DNA of 64,000 bases from Halobacteriales archaeon QH_7_66_36 (GCA_003021175.1 PXQV01000004.1:25015-89014); one strand, 5' to 3'. Counted from the stretch's first letter, positions 35,160 through 44,808 are shown. Notes: generated from the sequence alone by a model not told the origin. Made by a program: numbers and translations.

Positions 35160-36602
35160 TCAGTTCATGCTCCGTCCCGGCGACGACGGGCCGTAGAACT
35201 GGCCGTGGAAGCCGTAGGGGAGCCGGTGGGGGAGCGGTGCCCGCGCCCGCTCCGTCATGCTCGCGGCGTCGAGACAGACGAGCACCGACCGGTCCGCGTC
35301 GGGGTCGAGAACGACCGATAGCAGCACGCCGTCGTCGACATCTTCGGGAGCAGGCACGAACACCGGCTCTCCGGGGTAGCCACCGGAATCGGCCCAGCGG
35401 GTCACCGTTCCGTCGTCGGGATCGACCTGCACGAGCGCGGTCGGGAGGCTCGATTCGCCCCGCGTTTCGGCGAGATACAGGCGGTCGTACGGCCGGCCGT
35501 TGTCCCGGGCGTAGTCGATCATCGGGAACTCGACGGGGCCGTCGTGGACCGTCCGAACGGACGGGTCGTCGCCGTCGAGCGGGATTCGGTACCGGACGAG
35601 GTCACCGGGCGGGAGGTCCGGCGCGCCGGCTCGCAGATTCGCCAGCGTGAGGCCGGTCATCGCCCGCTCGTCCGGGTAGGCGACGCAGTCGACCACCACC
35701 TCGCCGTCCGTCTCGTAGGCGTTCGCGTGGTGGTAGACGAACGCGGGCGGCGCGGCGACCGTCGCGACGTGGTCGCCGGTCGTCCGGTCGAGGACGACGA
35801 ACCGGAGCGGCTTGTCCAGCGGTTCGACCGCGTCCATGAACGTGTCGCCGGTGACGACGCCAGCGAGGAGCGTAGTCGTGTCGAGACCGACTGGGTTCAC
35901 CGTGACGACGGCGTACCGCTCGGTGAGCGCGAAGGAGTGGACGTACGGCGCGTTTTCGAACCGGAGGCATGTCAGCGGCGTCGGGTCGCCGCCCGCGGCG
36001 GGCCGCTCGAACAGCGTGTACGTCGCCCCGCGGTCGTAGCTCACGCCGAGGTTGAGGAATCGGTCGCCGTCGCGGTGGAGGTGCGCGAGCGTCACGTCGC
36101 AGTCCAGCCCGGCGGTGAGGTCGACCCGGTCCGTCGTTTCGAGCGTCTCCGGGTCGAATCGGAGCCCCCACGGTGACTCCGTGACCGCGAGGTAGTCGTC
36201 GCCGTAGCGGACGACGCCGACGGAGGGGTTGTCCTGAAACGCGTCGGTCAGCGCCTGCCGGAGCCGCGTCCACGGCGGTCGGTCCGCGGGCGTGCCCGGC
36301 AACATCGCCCGGACACCGCCCTGCTTGCGAGCGAACCGGAAATCCTCGCTCCGGACGAAGCGGTTCGTGTACCGGATGCCGTCGTCGTCGAAGGTGAACG
36401 CCCGGAGCATCGCCAGCGCGTCGAACCAGTGGCGCAGGTCGGTGTCGCCGGCCTCGAACGCGCCGGGACCGTTCGCGATGTAGCGGCCGCGCAGCCAGTC
36501 CGGGAAGGCACCCTCGACGGACAGCGACACGTCCTGCAGTTCCTCGTGCTGGGTCTCGAAGCCGCGGCGGTAGCCCGACCCGCCTTCCTGCTCGCTCGCC
36601 AT
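35160..36602 (-). CDS. Carotenoid oxygenase (carotenoid cleavage dioxygenase / RPE65) family protein
   Basis: About 480 aa from the ATG at 36602. FPDWLRGRYIANGPG, four His contexts (TLAHLHRDG, HSFALTERY, YHHANAYE, PYGFHGQF). Confidence 0.8.
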   Translation of the reverse strand: MASEQEGGSGYRRGFETQHEELQDVSLSVEGAFPDWLRGRYIANGPGAFEAGDTDLRHWFDALAMLRAFTFDDDGIRYTNRFVRSEDFRFARKQGGVRAMLPGTPADRPPWTRLRQALTDAFQDNPSVGVVRYGDDYLAVTESPWGLRFDPETLETTDRVDLTAGLDCDVTLAHLHRDGDRFLNLGVSYDRGATYTLFERPAAGGDPTPLTCLRFENAPYVHSFALTERYAVVTVNPVGLDTTTLLAGVVTGDTFMDAVEPLDKPLRFVVLDRTTGDHVATVAAPPAFVYHHANAYETDGEVVVDCVAYPDERAMTGLTLANLRAGAPDLPPGDLVRYRIPLDGDDPSVRTVHDGPVEFPMIDYARDNGRPYDRLYLAETRGESSLPTALVQVDPDDGTVTRWADSGGYPGEPVFVPAPEDVDDGVLLSVVLDPDADRSVLVCLDAASMTERARAPLPHRLPYGFHGQFYGPSSPGRSMN

Positions 36603-36969
36603 GACTCCCGTAGGGCCAGCCGCTCCGTAAGCCTGTGGCGTCTCGAACGCCGACGACGGGCGTGCTGCTGACCAGCGCCTCGACCGGGACGATACCGAAG
36701 TCAACGACCACGTGAGAAGTATGCCGGCGTCGAACTCCGGTTCTCAGAGGGACAGTCGCTGTGGCGGGAGACGTTCATCGGTCCCAGCATGGGGTATGAC
36801 GACGGCGAGACCATCTTCCTCGTCGAGGAGCCGGGGGTGCCGAACTACGCGCGACAGGCCACAATTGCCGAGGACGGTCGTTCGCCGAGGAGTTCAAGCG
36901 GTACTTCGATCTGGTGGGGAGTATGAGAGAGTCCTCAGACGACGCTGAGATCCCACAAGTATACGGCCC

Positions 36970-38406
36970 CTATAGGAGCCCGGCGTCCCGGGAGATGGCC
37001 CGCACGGTGCCGCGGAACGGTTCGCTGATAGCCACGAGTGTCGCGAAGTAGACGGCACCGCCTAACCCGACGACGAAGACGACGTACCCCCACCAGCGGA
37101 GCGGTAGGGCCTCGCGGGCGCCGTACACAACCACGCCCATCACGAGACCACTAACACCCTGTTCGATCAGAGGTCGCGGGAGCAGCGACAGTGAGGGAAT
37201 GATCGACCGGACTGCGTACGCGGCACCCACGTATGCGACTGCCTCGCTAATCACCGTCGCGGCGACGACGCCGATGGGGCCGACGGCGAAGAACAGGCCG
37301 ACGCCGAGAACAACGTTCAGCAGGAAGACGACGGTCGAGATACGGAGGTTCAGGTCCGGGCGGTCGAAGCCGTCCAAGGTTGATACCAAGACGGATTTCT
37401 GCGAGCGGACGAGGTGGAACAGTGCGAGGCCGGCGATGAACGCCCCGGCGTCCGCGTACTGTCCGCTGAACATCGTCACCACGACTGGCGTGCCGACGAT
37501 GAGCGCGCCGACGAACAGCGGGATGGCGACGACGCTCACGTACGAGAGGTTGTTCTGGATGTCACGGTCGACGTCCTGCTGCTTGCTCCGACGGTTGCTG
37601 ATACGCCCCATCAGGCCGCTACTCGCCACGCCGGCGACGAACATGGCGGGTGTCGTCAGTCGCAACGCAACCTCGTAGTTACCGACGATCCCCGGCGTCG
37701 CTAGGAGCCCGAGCAGGAGCGTATCCATTCGGTTCTGCGCTGTACCGACGAATCCATTGGGGATACTCGACTTCGCAAACGGCCATATCGCCCGGATGGT
37801 CTCCCCGCTCGGAACCGTCGGCCGGATGCCGAGGAAGTAGATCACCACCGGGGCTATGAGAAGGTTCGCCAGCACCATCCCTCCGACCATCCCGGCGGCC
37901 CCCAGCCCGGCAAGCACGAGCGCCGCCTGTGCGAGGATCCTGACGACATCGCGTCCGGCCATCATCCACTGACTGCTGCCGAAGTTAGCGCTCGCCTTGA
38001 GTATCTCGAGTGTCGCCACGTACGTCACCATGCCTACGAACAACACGGACAGGAGCAGCCAGCCCATGGGTTCGCCGGTGAACTCGGTGATCCAAGGGGC
38101 CAGCAGCCACGCGCCGGCCGTGACGATCACCGCCGACACGGCCACGCCGAGCAGCGTCGAGCCGACCGCCTCGCCCGACGGGAACCCCGCCTCGGTGAGT
38201 CGCTTCCGGCAGGCGTTCGCCCACCCCGTGACCGGATTGTCGAGAATTGACACCACGGCCATGAGGATGTAGAAAGCGCCGTAGCCGTCAGGCCCGAGCA
38301 CGCGGGCGAGGAAGATGGCACCGAGGAACGCCACGAGCATCGTCACGATCCGGCCGACGAACCCGATGCCGACCTGCACGCCGAAGTCCGTGTCGCCGAT
38401 GTCCAT
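36970..38406 (-). CDS. Polysaccharide biosynthesis protein / Wzx-like oligosaccharide flippase (MOP superfamily)
   Basis: 478 aa, about 12-14 TM helices, with an N-terminus typical of polysaccharide-biosynthesis flippases. Last gene of a glycosylation operon. Confidence 0.8.
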   Translation of the reverse strand: MDIGDTDFGVQVGIGFVGRIVTMLVAFLGAIFLARVLGPDGYGAFYILMAVVSILDNPVTGWANACRKRLTEAGFPSGEAVGSTLLGVAVSAVIVTAGAWLLAPWITEFTGEPMGWLLLSVLFVGMVTYVATLEILKASANFGSSQWMMAGRDVVRILAQAALVLAGLGAAGMVGGMVLANLLIAPVVIYFLGIRPTVPSGETIRAIWPFAKSSIPNGFVGTAQNRMDTLLLGLLATPGIVGNYEVALRLTTPAMFVAGVASSGLMGRISNRRSKQQDVDRDIQNNLSYVSVVAIPLFVGALIVGTPVVVTMFSGQYADAGAFIAGLALFHLVRSQKSVLVSTLDGFDRPDLNLRISTVVFLLNVVLGVGLFFAVGPIGVVAATVISEAVAYVGAAYAVRSIIPSLSLLPRPLIEQGVSGLVMGVVVYGAREALPLRWWGYVVFVVGLGGAVYFATLVAISEPFRGTVRAISRDAGLL

Positions 38407-38409
38407 GCG

Positions 38410-39744
38410 TTACACCTTGTACCCCAAGTCTTCCAGCTGGCGCATCGTCTCGCCGTCGACGTCCGGGCCCGAGTCTGTGGTCGGTCGTGCGACCGAGTTT
38501 AGGGACACGGTGAACTCGTCGCGAGCGGGGTCGGGAATCGCCACCGTCTCCGCGTCGCCGTCGCGGGACGTCTCGACCTCGTACCGAAGCGTTCGGCCCT
38601 CGGTGTCCCACTCGTAGCGCACGTCGCCCTCGTAGACGGTGCGGACCCCCCGCGTCCAGTACTCGTCCTCGCCGTCGAAGAACAACATTCCCGGTCGTTC
38701 GGCCGACACGCGCTCGCGTGAGATCTCGGGGACGCGGCCGTCCTCGACGATGCCGCGCACCACCTCGCCAACGTCGAGCAGCGAGGTCAGGCCGGCGTCG
38801 TCGGGACCCTCCGCGCCGATGACCACGAACGGGACGTGGAGCAACGCCGTCGAGAAATCCATGTGGCCGAGGTCACGTTCGCCGGGGAGCCGGAGTTCCT
38901 CGCCGTGGTCGGCGGTGACGATGACGACGGTGTCGTCGTCCGTCCGCGCCTGAAGTCGCTCGACGAAGGCCGCGACCTGCTCGTCGAGGTATCGGACGCT
39001 CGCCGCGTAGAGGTCGCGGTAGCTCTGGAGGTACTCGTCGATGGTCTCGGGGGCAGCCTCACGGACGGTCTCGGCGGAGAGAGACCGCGAGTGCCAGGCG
39101 TAGGGCACGTCCGAGTCGAGGACGCGGAGGTTCTCCATCGGCCCGTGCGCGTCGATAAAGTTCGCGAACAGCAGGAAGGGCTCGCCGGCCGCTTCCCGCA
39201 ACGCCCGGTCGATAACCGCCGTCGCGCCGAAGTCCCCCAGCTTCGGCACCCGCGTCCCCGTGAGCCGCTCGTTGAGTTTGATGTACAGGCCGTTGCGTAG
39301 ACTCTCCGTCAGAACGCCCCGCTCGCGGGAGAGAGAGACGTACTTTCGGTAGCGATCGAGTCCGGTCGTGTCGGCCACCTCGCCGAAGCTCACGGCGTCG
39401 AACGAGCGCTCGTCGTTACCCGCGAACGAGTCGAACGCGTCGAACAGCGCCTCCGCGCCGAACGACTCCGAGACGGCGCCGTTGGCGCTCAGTCCGACCG
39501 ACCGGTGGTCGAGGTCGTCGAAGAACGTCACCTCCAGGTCCGCGTAGTTCGGATTGTAGCTGTGGACGCCGTGGTGGCTCGGGAGCCGCCCGTTGAACAT
39601 CGACGCATGACTCGGGACGCTCCAAGAGCTGGGCGCGTAGCAGCGGTCGAACTCGACGTCCGCCAGCTCCCGTAGTCGTGGAGCGTGCTCGTCGAAATAA
39701 TCCTTCCGGACCGTGTCTAACACGAGGAGGGCGACGTTCGTCAT
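38410..39744 (-). CDS. Sulfatase-family (alkaline phosphatase superfamily) protein with a non-canonical nucleophile motif
   Basis: 444 aa from the ATG at 39744. LVLDTVRKDYF (metal site), SWSVPSHASMFNGRLPSHHG in place of C-x-P-x-R, TADHGEEL, C-terminal LEDLGYKV. Confidence 0.75.
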   Translation of the reverse strand: MTNVALLVLDTVRKDYFDEHAPRLRELADVEFDRCYAPSSWSVPSHASMFNGRLPSHHGVHSYNPNYADLEVTFFDDLDHRSVGLSANGAVSESFGAEALFDAFDSFAGNDERSFDAVSFGEVADTTGLDRYRKYVSLSRERGVLTESLRNGLYIKLNERLTGTRVPKLGDFGATAVIDRALREAAGEPFLLFANFIDAHGPMENLRVLDSDVPYAWHSRSLSAETVREAAPETIDEYLQSYRDLYAASVRYLDEQVAAFVERLQARTDDDTVVIVTADHGEELRLPGERDLGHMDFSTALLHVPFVVIGAEGPDDAGLTSLLDVGEVVRGIVEDGRVPEISRERVSAERPGMLFFDGEDEYWTRGVRTVYEGDVRYEWDTEGRTLRYEVETSRDGDAETVAIPDPARDEFTVSLNSVARPTTDSGPDVDGETMRQLEDLGYKV

Positions 39745-39745
39745 C

Positions 39746-40735
39746 TCACACCTTGTAGCCGAGGTTGCGGAGCCGCTCGTCGACTTCGCCCTCGTCGGCC
39801 TCGTGATGGCTGATCTCGCCGTCAACGATGCGGCGGCGCGAGCCCACCTCCTTGACGGCCCACGGCACCTCGGTGAGCTTCGGGTGGCGAACACCGTCCG
39901 GGTGGGCGTAGCAGCGGAGCGGGAACGGCCAGAGCCGCTCGCCAAACAGTTCACCGTGGTCGGCGGTGAACACCGAGCGCCCGCCGAGGTTCTCGGCGAG
40001 TTCTTCCGCGTAGTGCAGGGCGTACAGCAGGTTGTCGATGTAGCCGTCCCAGACCTCCTCGCGGGTCACGTTGCCCTCCTTGAGGTCGTCGCCGGGGTGA
40101 AGCCCGCTCTGCGTCTCGGGCTTCTGCGTCCCGTCGCGGTTCCCGACGATGGGGGCGTGCGGCTGGAAGTAGTGGACGACGAGCCGCTTGTTTGGGTAAC
40201 GCTCCTGCACCTGCCGGGCCGCCTCCGAGAGCGTGTCGGGATGGATAGTCACCCCCCCGCTGACGCCGACGCCATCGATGGCGCCGCCGGCGTCTTGAAT
40301 CTCCTGTTCGCTGAGTTCGCCCCTCTCGACCCAGAGATTCACGATGTCGTGAAACGAGTCGGGCGCGATCTTCGAGATCCAAGGGTTCGCCGTCACGTAG
40401 ACCGTGTCGGGGTACTCGCGGCCGTCGAACGTCTTCTCCATCCACTCGGGACTGGAGCAGCCGATGGAGTGGACGCGGCGGTACTCGTCGAACCGGGAGA
40501 CGTCCGTCGCCTCCTCGAAGAGGTCGGCGCGACACGCGTCGAGAATGAGGAGGTTGTCCCAGTCCTCCCGCATGTAGTCGATCCCCGTGTTGCCGTGGAT
40601 CTTTCCGAGGACGGGACCGGCGATTCGCGAAGAGAAGCGGAGTCGCCACCAGTACGGGTCGTCGCCGTTGCGGGCGATTTCCGAGGCGGCGTAGCGGAGT
40701 TTCCCGAGCATCTTATCGTTAGCCCCCGGCTCCAC
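39746..40735 (-). CDS. Alkaline-phosphatase-superfamily (sulfatase-related) protein, uncharacterised subfamily, paralogue 1
   Basis: 329 aa. LILDACRADLF, SIGCSSPEWM, VYVTANPW, RLVVHYFQPHAP, TADHGELFGE, C-terminal LRNLGYKV. A 1-nt gap separates it from the downstream sulfatase-like gene. Confidence 0.6.
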   Translation of the reverse strand: MEPGANDKMLGKLRYAASEIARNGDDPYWWRLRFSSRIAGPVLGKIHGNTGIDYMREDWDNLLILDACRADLFEEATDVSRFDEYRRVHSIGCSSPEWMEKTFDGREYPDTVYVTANPWISKIAPDSFHDIVNLWVERGELSEQEIQDAGGAIDGVGVSGGVTIHPDTLSEAARQVQERYPNKRLVVHYFQPHAPIVGNRDGTQKPETQSGLHPGDDLKEGNVTREEVWDGYIDNLLYALHYAEELAENLGGRSVFTADHGELFGERLWPFPLRCYAHPDGVRHPKLTEVPWAVKEVGSRRRIVDGEISHHEADEGEVDERLRNLGYKV

Positions 40736-40771
40736 AATTAAAAGCCCTCTCGGTTTCGCCGTGCCGGTGCG

Positions 40772-41857
40772 TCAGCCGCGTGCGCCGACGAGCGAGCGGT
40801 ACAGATCGGCGTGTGCCGACGCCACTGCGTCCATCCCGTGCTGGTCGCGGTAGCGCCGCATCGTCTCGAGGACAGGGGTCGGGTCGTCAAGGAGTTCCCG
40901 AACCGCCACCGCGCCGGCGTCGGGGTCGTCCTGTGGGAACACCACCGGGAAGCCATGGTCGTCTCGGAGGTCGGCGAACTGCTCGACGTCGGTGCCGACG
41001 ACCGGGACCTCGTACGCGAGACACCAGTTCAGGATGCCACTCTGCGTGACCGTCTCGTAGGGGAGCAGCGCGACATCCATGGCGTTGAACAGCGCGTGAA
41101 ACGCCTCGTCGTCGAGGACGCCCGTGATGCCGACCCGGTCGCCGCACCGCTCCCGGAGGTCGGCCAAGTAGTCCTCGTAGGTCCCCTCGTGGATGCCGCC
41201 ACCGACGAGGAAGGTTACGTCGTCAACCCGCTCGGCCACGTCAACGAACAGGTGGTATCCCTTCTGCGGGCGGACAAACCCGGGCTCGGCAACGAGCGGT
41301 CGATTCGGGGAGACGCCCAGTTCGCGCTTCGCGTCCGCCTGCGGCATCGGGTACAGGTCGGTCGGCACGCCGTGGGGCAACACCTCCACGGAGGAAAGCG
41401 GAGCGGTCCGTTCGAATACCTCGCGGGTGTCCTCGGAGAGGAAAATAGCGTGGTCGGTCACCGCCGTGAGGAGGCGATTGTTGAGCCACAGGTACGCCCA
41501 CTTGACCGATTCGACTGGGGGGGCAACGGTCTCCTCGCCCCATGCGCTGTGAAAGGTAACGACCAGCGGTCGCCCCCGGAGCGTCGTCAGCAGCCAGAGC
41601 AGCGGGAATACGAGCCAGCTGGCGACGCTCTTCGGCCCGTAGATGTCGTACTCGTGCTGGACGTGGACTACATCGGCGTCCGTGAGTCCAGCGCGGACGC
41701 TCTGGACGACGTAGTGGAAGACGTCAAGCGACCGGAGCTTCAACGGCGTGCGGGCGTACTCCACCGATAGCGCGTTCTCAAGGGTCGTCGTGTACGTCGC
41801 GATACCGCAGTCCTGCTCGGAGCCGGTGACGAAGAACTCGACTTTCATTTGCACCAA
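40772..41857 (-). CDS. Glycosyltransferase family 4 (GT-B, group 1)
   Basis: 361 aa. The C-terminal half has FVRPQKGYHLF...VTFLVGGG...LLPYETVTQSGILNWCLAYEVPVVGTD. Confidence 0.8.
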   Translation of the reverse strand: MVQMKVEFFVTGSEQDCGIATYTTTLENALSVEYARTPLKLRSLDVFHYVVQSVRAGLTDADVVHVQHEYDIYGPKSVASWLVFPLLWLLTTLRGRPLVVTFHSAWGEETVAPPVESVKWAYLWLNNRLLTAVTDHAIFLSEDTREVFERTAPLSSVEVLPHGVPTDLYPMPQADAKRELGVSPNRPLVAEPGFVRPQKGYHLFVDVAERVDDVTFLVGGGIHEGTYEDYLADLRERCGDRVGITGVLDDEAFHALFNAMDVALLPYETVTQSGILNWCLAYEVPVVGTDVEQFADLRDDHGFPVVFPQDDPDAGAVAVRELLDDPTPVLETMRRYRDQHGMDAVASAHADLYRSLVGARG

Positions 41858-41994
41858 GTAACGGTTACCGAAGCTGTTGCCGTCGACACAATAACGCTTT
41901 TTATCGCCGCGACGCGCGGCGATTCGTCGGGCTCAGCGGTCGACAGCCGAAAGACCGAAAATGAATTGCCCGACCCCCGGGACTTCAGAGACGG

Positions 41995-42984
41995 ATGAAG
42001 CCCCTCGGAGCGCTCCGGTACGCGTATCAGGAGATACGTGACAACTACGACGACCGGTTCTGGTGGCGAGACCGGTTCCTGCACCGTATCGTCGCGCCGT
42101 TCCACCTCTCCGCCTATCCGACCCGGAAGGGAAGCGTCGACGTCATCTCCGAGGACTGGGACACCCTAGTCGTTCTCGACGCCTGCCGGGTCGACTTGTT
42201 CGAGGCACGGGCGGACCTCGGAAGCTACGACGAGTACGACATCGTACGGAGCCGCGGGAGCGCGACCCAAGAGTGGGTCCAGCAGAACTTCACCGGTGGG
42301 TCCTTCGGCGATACCGTCTACGTGACCGCAAACCCGTTCGTCTCCCGCGAAGCCGGCGACGCGTTCCACGCCATCTACGAACCGTGGCTCACGAAGTTCG
42401 ACGAGGAGACGCGGACGGTGCTCCCGGAGCAGACGACGGAAGCGGCTATCGAGGCGCACCGGGAGCACCCCGACAAGCGGCTCGTCGTCCACTATATGCA
42501 GCCACACCACCCGTTCGTAACCGCACCGGACCTCCGGTTCCACGGCTGGCAGATCGACGACTTCGACGGCTGGACCGAGCATCAAGAGGAGACCGGCTTG
42601 AAAGACGCCACGGCTCACGGTCGTCCCCACACCCCGTGGGACGCCCTCTACATGGGGCTCGCCTCGCGGGAAGATGTGTGGGGGGCGTACGGCGAGAACC
42701 TCGACGTGGCGCTCGACGCGGTCGCCGACCTGCTCGAAGAGGTCGACGGCCGGACCGTCGTCACGAGCGACCACGGCAACATGCTCGGCGAACGGACGTT
42801 TCCGGTACCGATGCGCGTGTACGGCCACCCGAAGGGCGTCCGGAACCGGGAGCTCGTCGAGGTGCCGTGGGCCGTCGTCGAGGGCGAGGAGCGCCGCGAG
42901 ATCACCGACGACGGGACGGCGGCCGCCGAGGAGCACGACCAAGACGTCGTGCAGGACCGACTTGAGGACCTCGGCTACGTGTAG
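41995..42984 (+). CDS. Alkaline-phosphatase-superfamily (sulfatase-related) protein, uncharacterised subfamily, paralogue 2
   Basis: 329 aa, collinear with 39746-40735. VVLDACRVDLF, SRGSATQEWV, VYVTANPF, RLVVHYMQPHHP, TSDHGNMLGE, C-terminal LEDLGYV. Confidence 0.6.
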   Translation: MKPLGALRYAYQEIRDNYDDRFWWRDRFLHRIVAPFHLSAYPTRKGSVDVISEDWDTLVVLDACRVDLFEARADLGSYDEYDIVRSRGSATQEWVQQNFTGGSFGDTVYVTANPFVSREAGDAFHAIYEPWLTKFDEETRTVLPEQTTEAAIEAHREHPDKRLVVHYMQPHHPFVTAPDLRFHGWQIDDFDGWTEHQEETGLKDATAHGRPHTPWDALYMGLASREDVWGAYGENLDVALDAVADLLEEVDGRTVVTSDHGNMLGERTFPVPMRVYGHPKGVRNRELVEVPWAVVEGEERREITDDGTAAAEEHDQDVVQDRLEDLGYV

Positions 42985-44106
42985 TCAGCCACTGAGGTCG
43001 TTCAATATCGCCCACTGCGTCTCTATGGCAGACTGCAGAGACGACCTGAACCGATCCATGCTGAACTGTGCTGCTGTCGTTCCCGGCTCTCCGTCGATAC
43101 CGTTCCTCTCGAACCGCTCGATAGCTGCGATGATGTCAGCGGAGGTACCGTCGTGCGTGTACCCGTTCTCGCCGTCGGTGATGTACAGCCCGGGGAATCC
43201 CTCGTCGCGGGAGAGGACAGCCTTCTCGCTGGCGTTGGCCTCGATGGGGACGATGCCGAAGTCCTCGTTGCGACCGTTGAACACCACCGCGCGACACCGC
43301 GAGAGCAGGTCGAACTTCTCGTCCTCGCTCACGAACCCCCGGTACTCGATGTTCTCGGCGCGGTCGATGCGTTTCCGGACCGAGTCGTCGATGTCTCCCA
43401 TTCCACCGGCCATTATGAGCCGTTGGTCCGCGCGGTCGAACGCCTCAACGACTGCCGGGAGGCCTTTCTCCTCGTCGAGTCGCCCGAGATGTAGGTAGTA
43501 GCCGTCGTCACCCTCGTTGTGATACTCTGAGAGGTCGACCGGTGGATACAGCACCTCGGAGTTCCGCTTGTAGTACTTCCAGAGGCGCCGTTCGATAATC
43601 GGTGAGTTGACGAGGTAGTGGTCGACGCGCGGGTCGATGGTCTGGTCCCGGGTCCGAAGATACCGAACTAACGGCCGCGCTAATATCCCGCCGATCGATT
43701 CTTTCCGGTCGTGATAGAGGTCGTAGAACCACCTCGGCGGCGAGTGACAATAGTTGACGTGTAGCGTATCGTCCGGCGTGATGACCGCACGCGTCGTCGC
43801 TCCCGAGGTGACGAGCACGTCAGGATCACCAAACTCGCGCCAGTCGACGTCTTCCCACATCGCGTATTCAAAGACCCGGCCCGCGCGGTGCTGGAGGTGA
43901 CGCACCAGCGTGTAGTCGAGCGATGGAATCACACTCTTGAATGTCACGTCACCGTACGGGTTCGCGGTGTCGGGGGCCGGGTCGCCGAGGGTGTACACCG
44001 TCTCCTCGCCCAGCGCTTCAGCGAGATGCGTCACGAGATACTCCGCACCGCCCCACGCGTTGATGTGCCAGTGGGCGACGGCGATGTCGAGGTCGGTCAG
44101 TGCCAC
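42985..44106 (-). CDS. Glycosyltransferase family 4 (GT-B, group 1)
   Basis: 373 aa, GTG start. LGRLDEEKGL, EDFGIVPIEANASEKAVLSRDEGFPG (E-x7-E region). Confidence 0.85.
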   Translation of the reverse strand: MALTDLDIAVAHWHINAWGGAEYLVTHLAEALGEETVYTLGDPAPDTANPYGDVTFKSVIPSLDYTLVRHLQHRAGRVFEYAMWEDVDWREFGDPDVLVTSGATTRAVITPDDTLHVNYCHSPPRWFYDLYHDRKESIGGILARPLVRYLRTRDQTIDPRVDHYLVNSPIIERRLWKYYKRNSEVLYPPVDLSEYHNEGDDGYYLHLGRLDEEKGLPAVVEAFDRADQRLIMAGGMGDIDDSVRKRIDRAENIEYRGFVSEDEKFDLLSRCRAVVFNGRNEDFGIVPIEANASEKAVLSRDEGFPGLYITDGENGYTHDGTSADIIAAIERFERNGIDGEPGTTAAQFSMDRFRSSLQSAIETQWAILNDLSG

Positions 44107-44381
44107 CGCACCACCCCGTGCGCGTATCCGGCACCCGCAGTCAGTGTCAGCACCAGCAGTATCACAAGCCGCTTCGTCCTCTCAGCTTCAGGATCACGAA
44201 CCAGCCGTCGCCGGTTTGAGTACGGCCTCTGTAAGGGCTCTTTCGTCGGTCGTTCATCGTGATCGGCAACCGCGATCTCCAGTTGGCCCGGCGTTGATTC
44301 TTGATACTGATTGAAGTCGTCGCCGCCCCGGTCACAGTTCCAAGGATGACCGGCCCGTGATTCGAGAGACGTAGATTCCAT
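44097..44381 (-). CDS. Possible small protein with a C-terminal TM anchor
   Basis: 94 aa. The C-terminus KRLVILLVLTLTAGAGYA is hydrophobic. 10-nt overlap with the downstream GT4 start. Low GC3 in an AT-richer patch. Weak support. Confidence 0.25.
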   Translation of the reverse strand: MESTSLESRAGHPWNCDRGGDDFNQYQESTPGQLEIAVADHDERPTKEPLQRPYSNRRRLVRDPEAERTKRLVILLVLTLTAGAGYAHGVVRWH

Positions 44382-44808
44382 ACGGTCCCCTGACGCCCCG
44401 TAGGAAATAGATTGGTGGTGAAGTAGCGCCGGAATCTGCCTTTTTCATGCCAGTTGCCTCACTGCTCTGAATCTGCTCGCGGACCTCGTACCGGGCGTCC
44501 GATTCCACCAGCGTGATGAAGTCGTCAGTGTCGGTGAAGCCGCAAAGCCGCTCGCAGTGGCTCGACGGCGCCGAGCCGATACAGCCGCCCGTCGTCAAGC
44601 AGGCGCTCTCGGAGGGCGGAGTGTTCGTCGTCGTGACGCTCCTGCCGACCGACAGCGGCGTGGCGACCGGCGCGGCAGTCGGGGTCGGCGCGGTCGTCTA
44701 CGTCAGCCCGTTACTGCTCGTCTCGGGCGACTTCCGCGCCCTCGTCACCTCGATGCTCCCGGTCGAACTCCCGAGTCCCCGAACGACAGATACGAACGGT
44801 CCAGCGGC

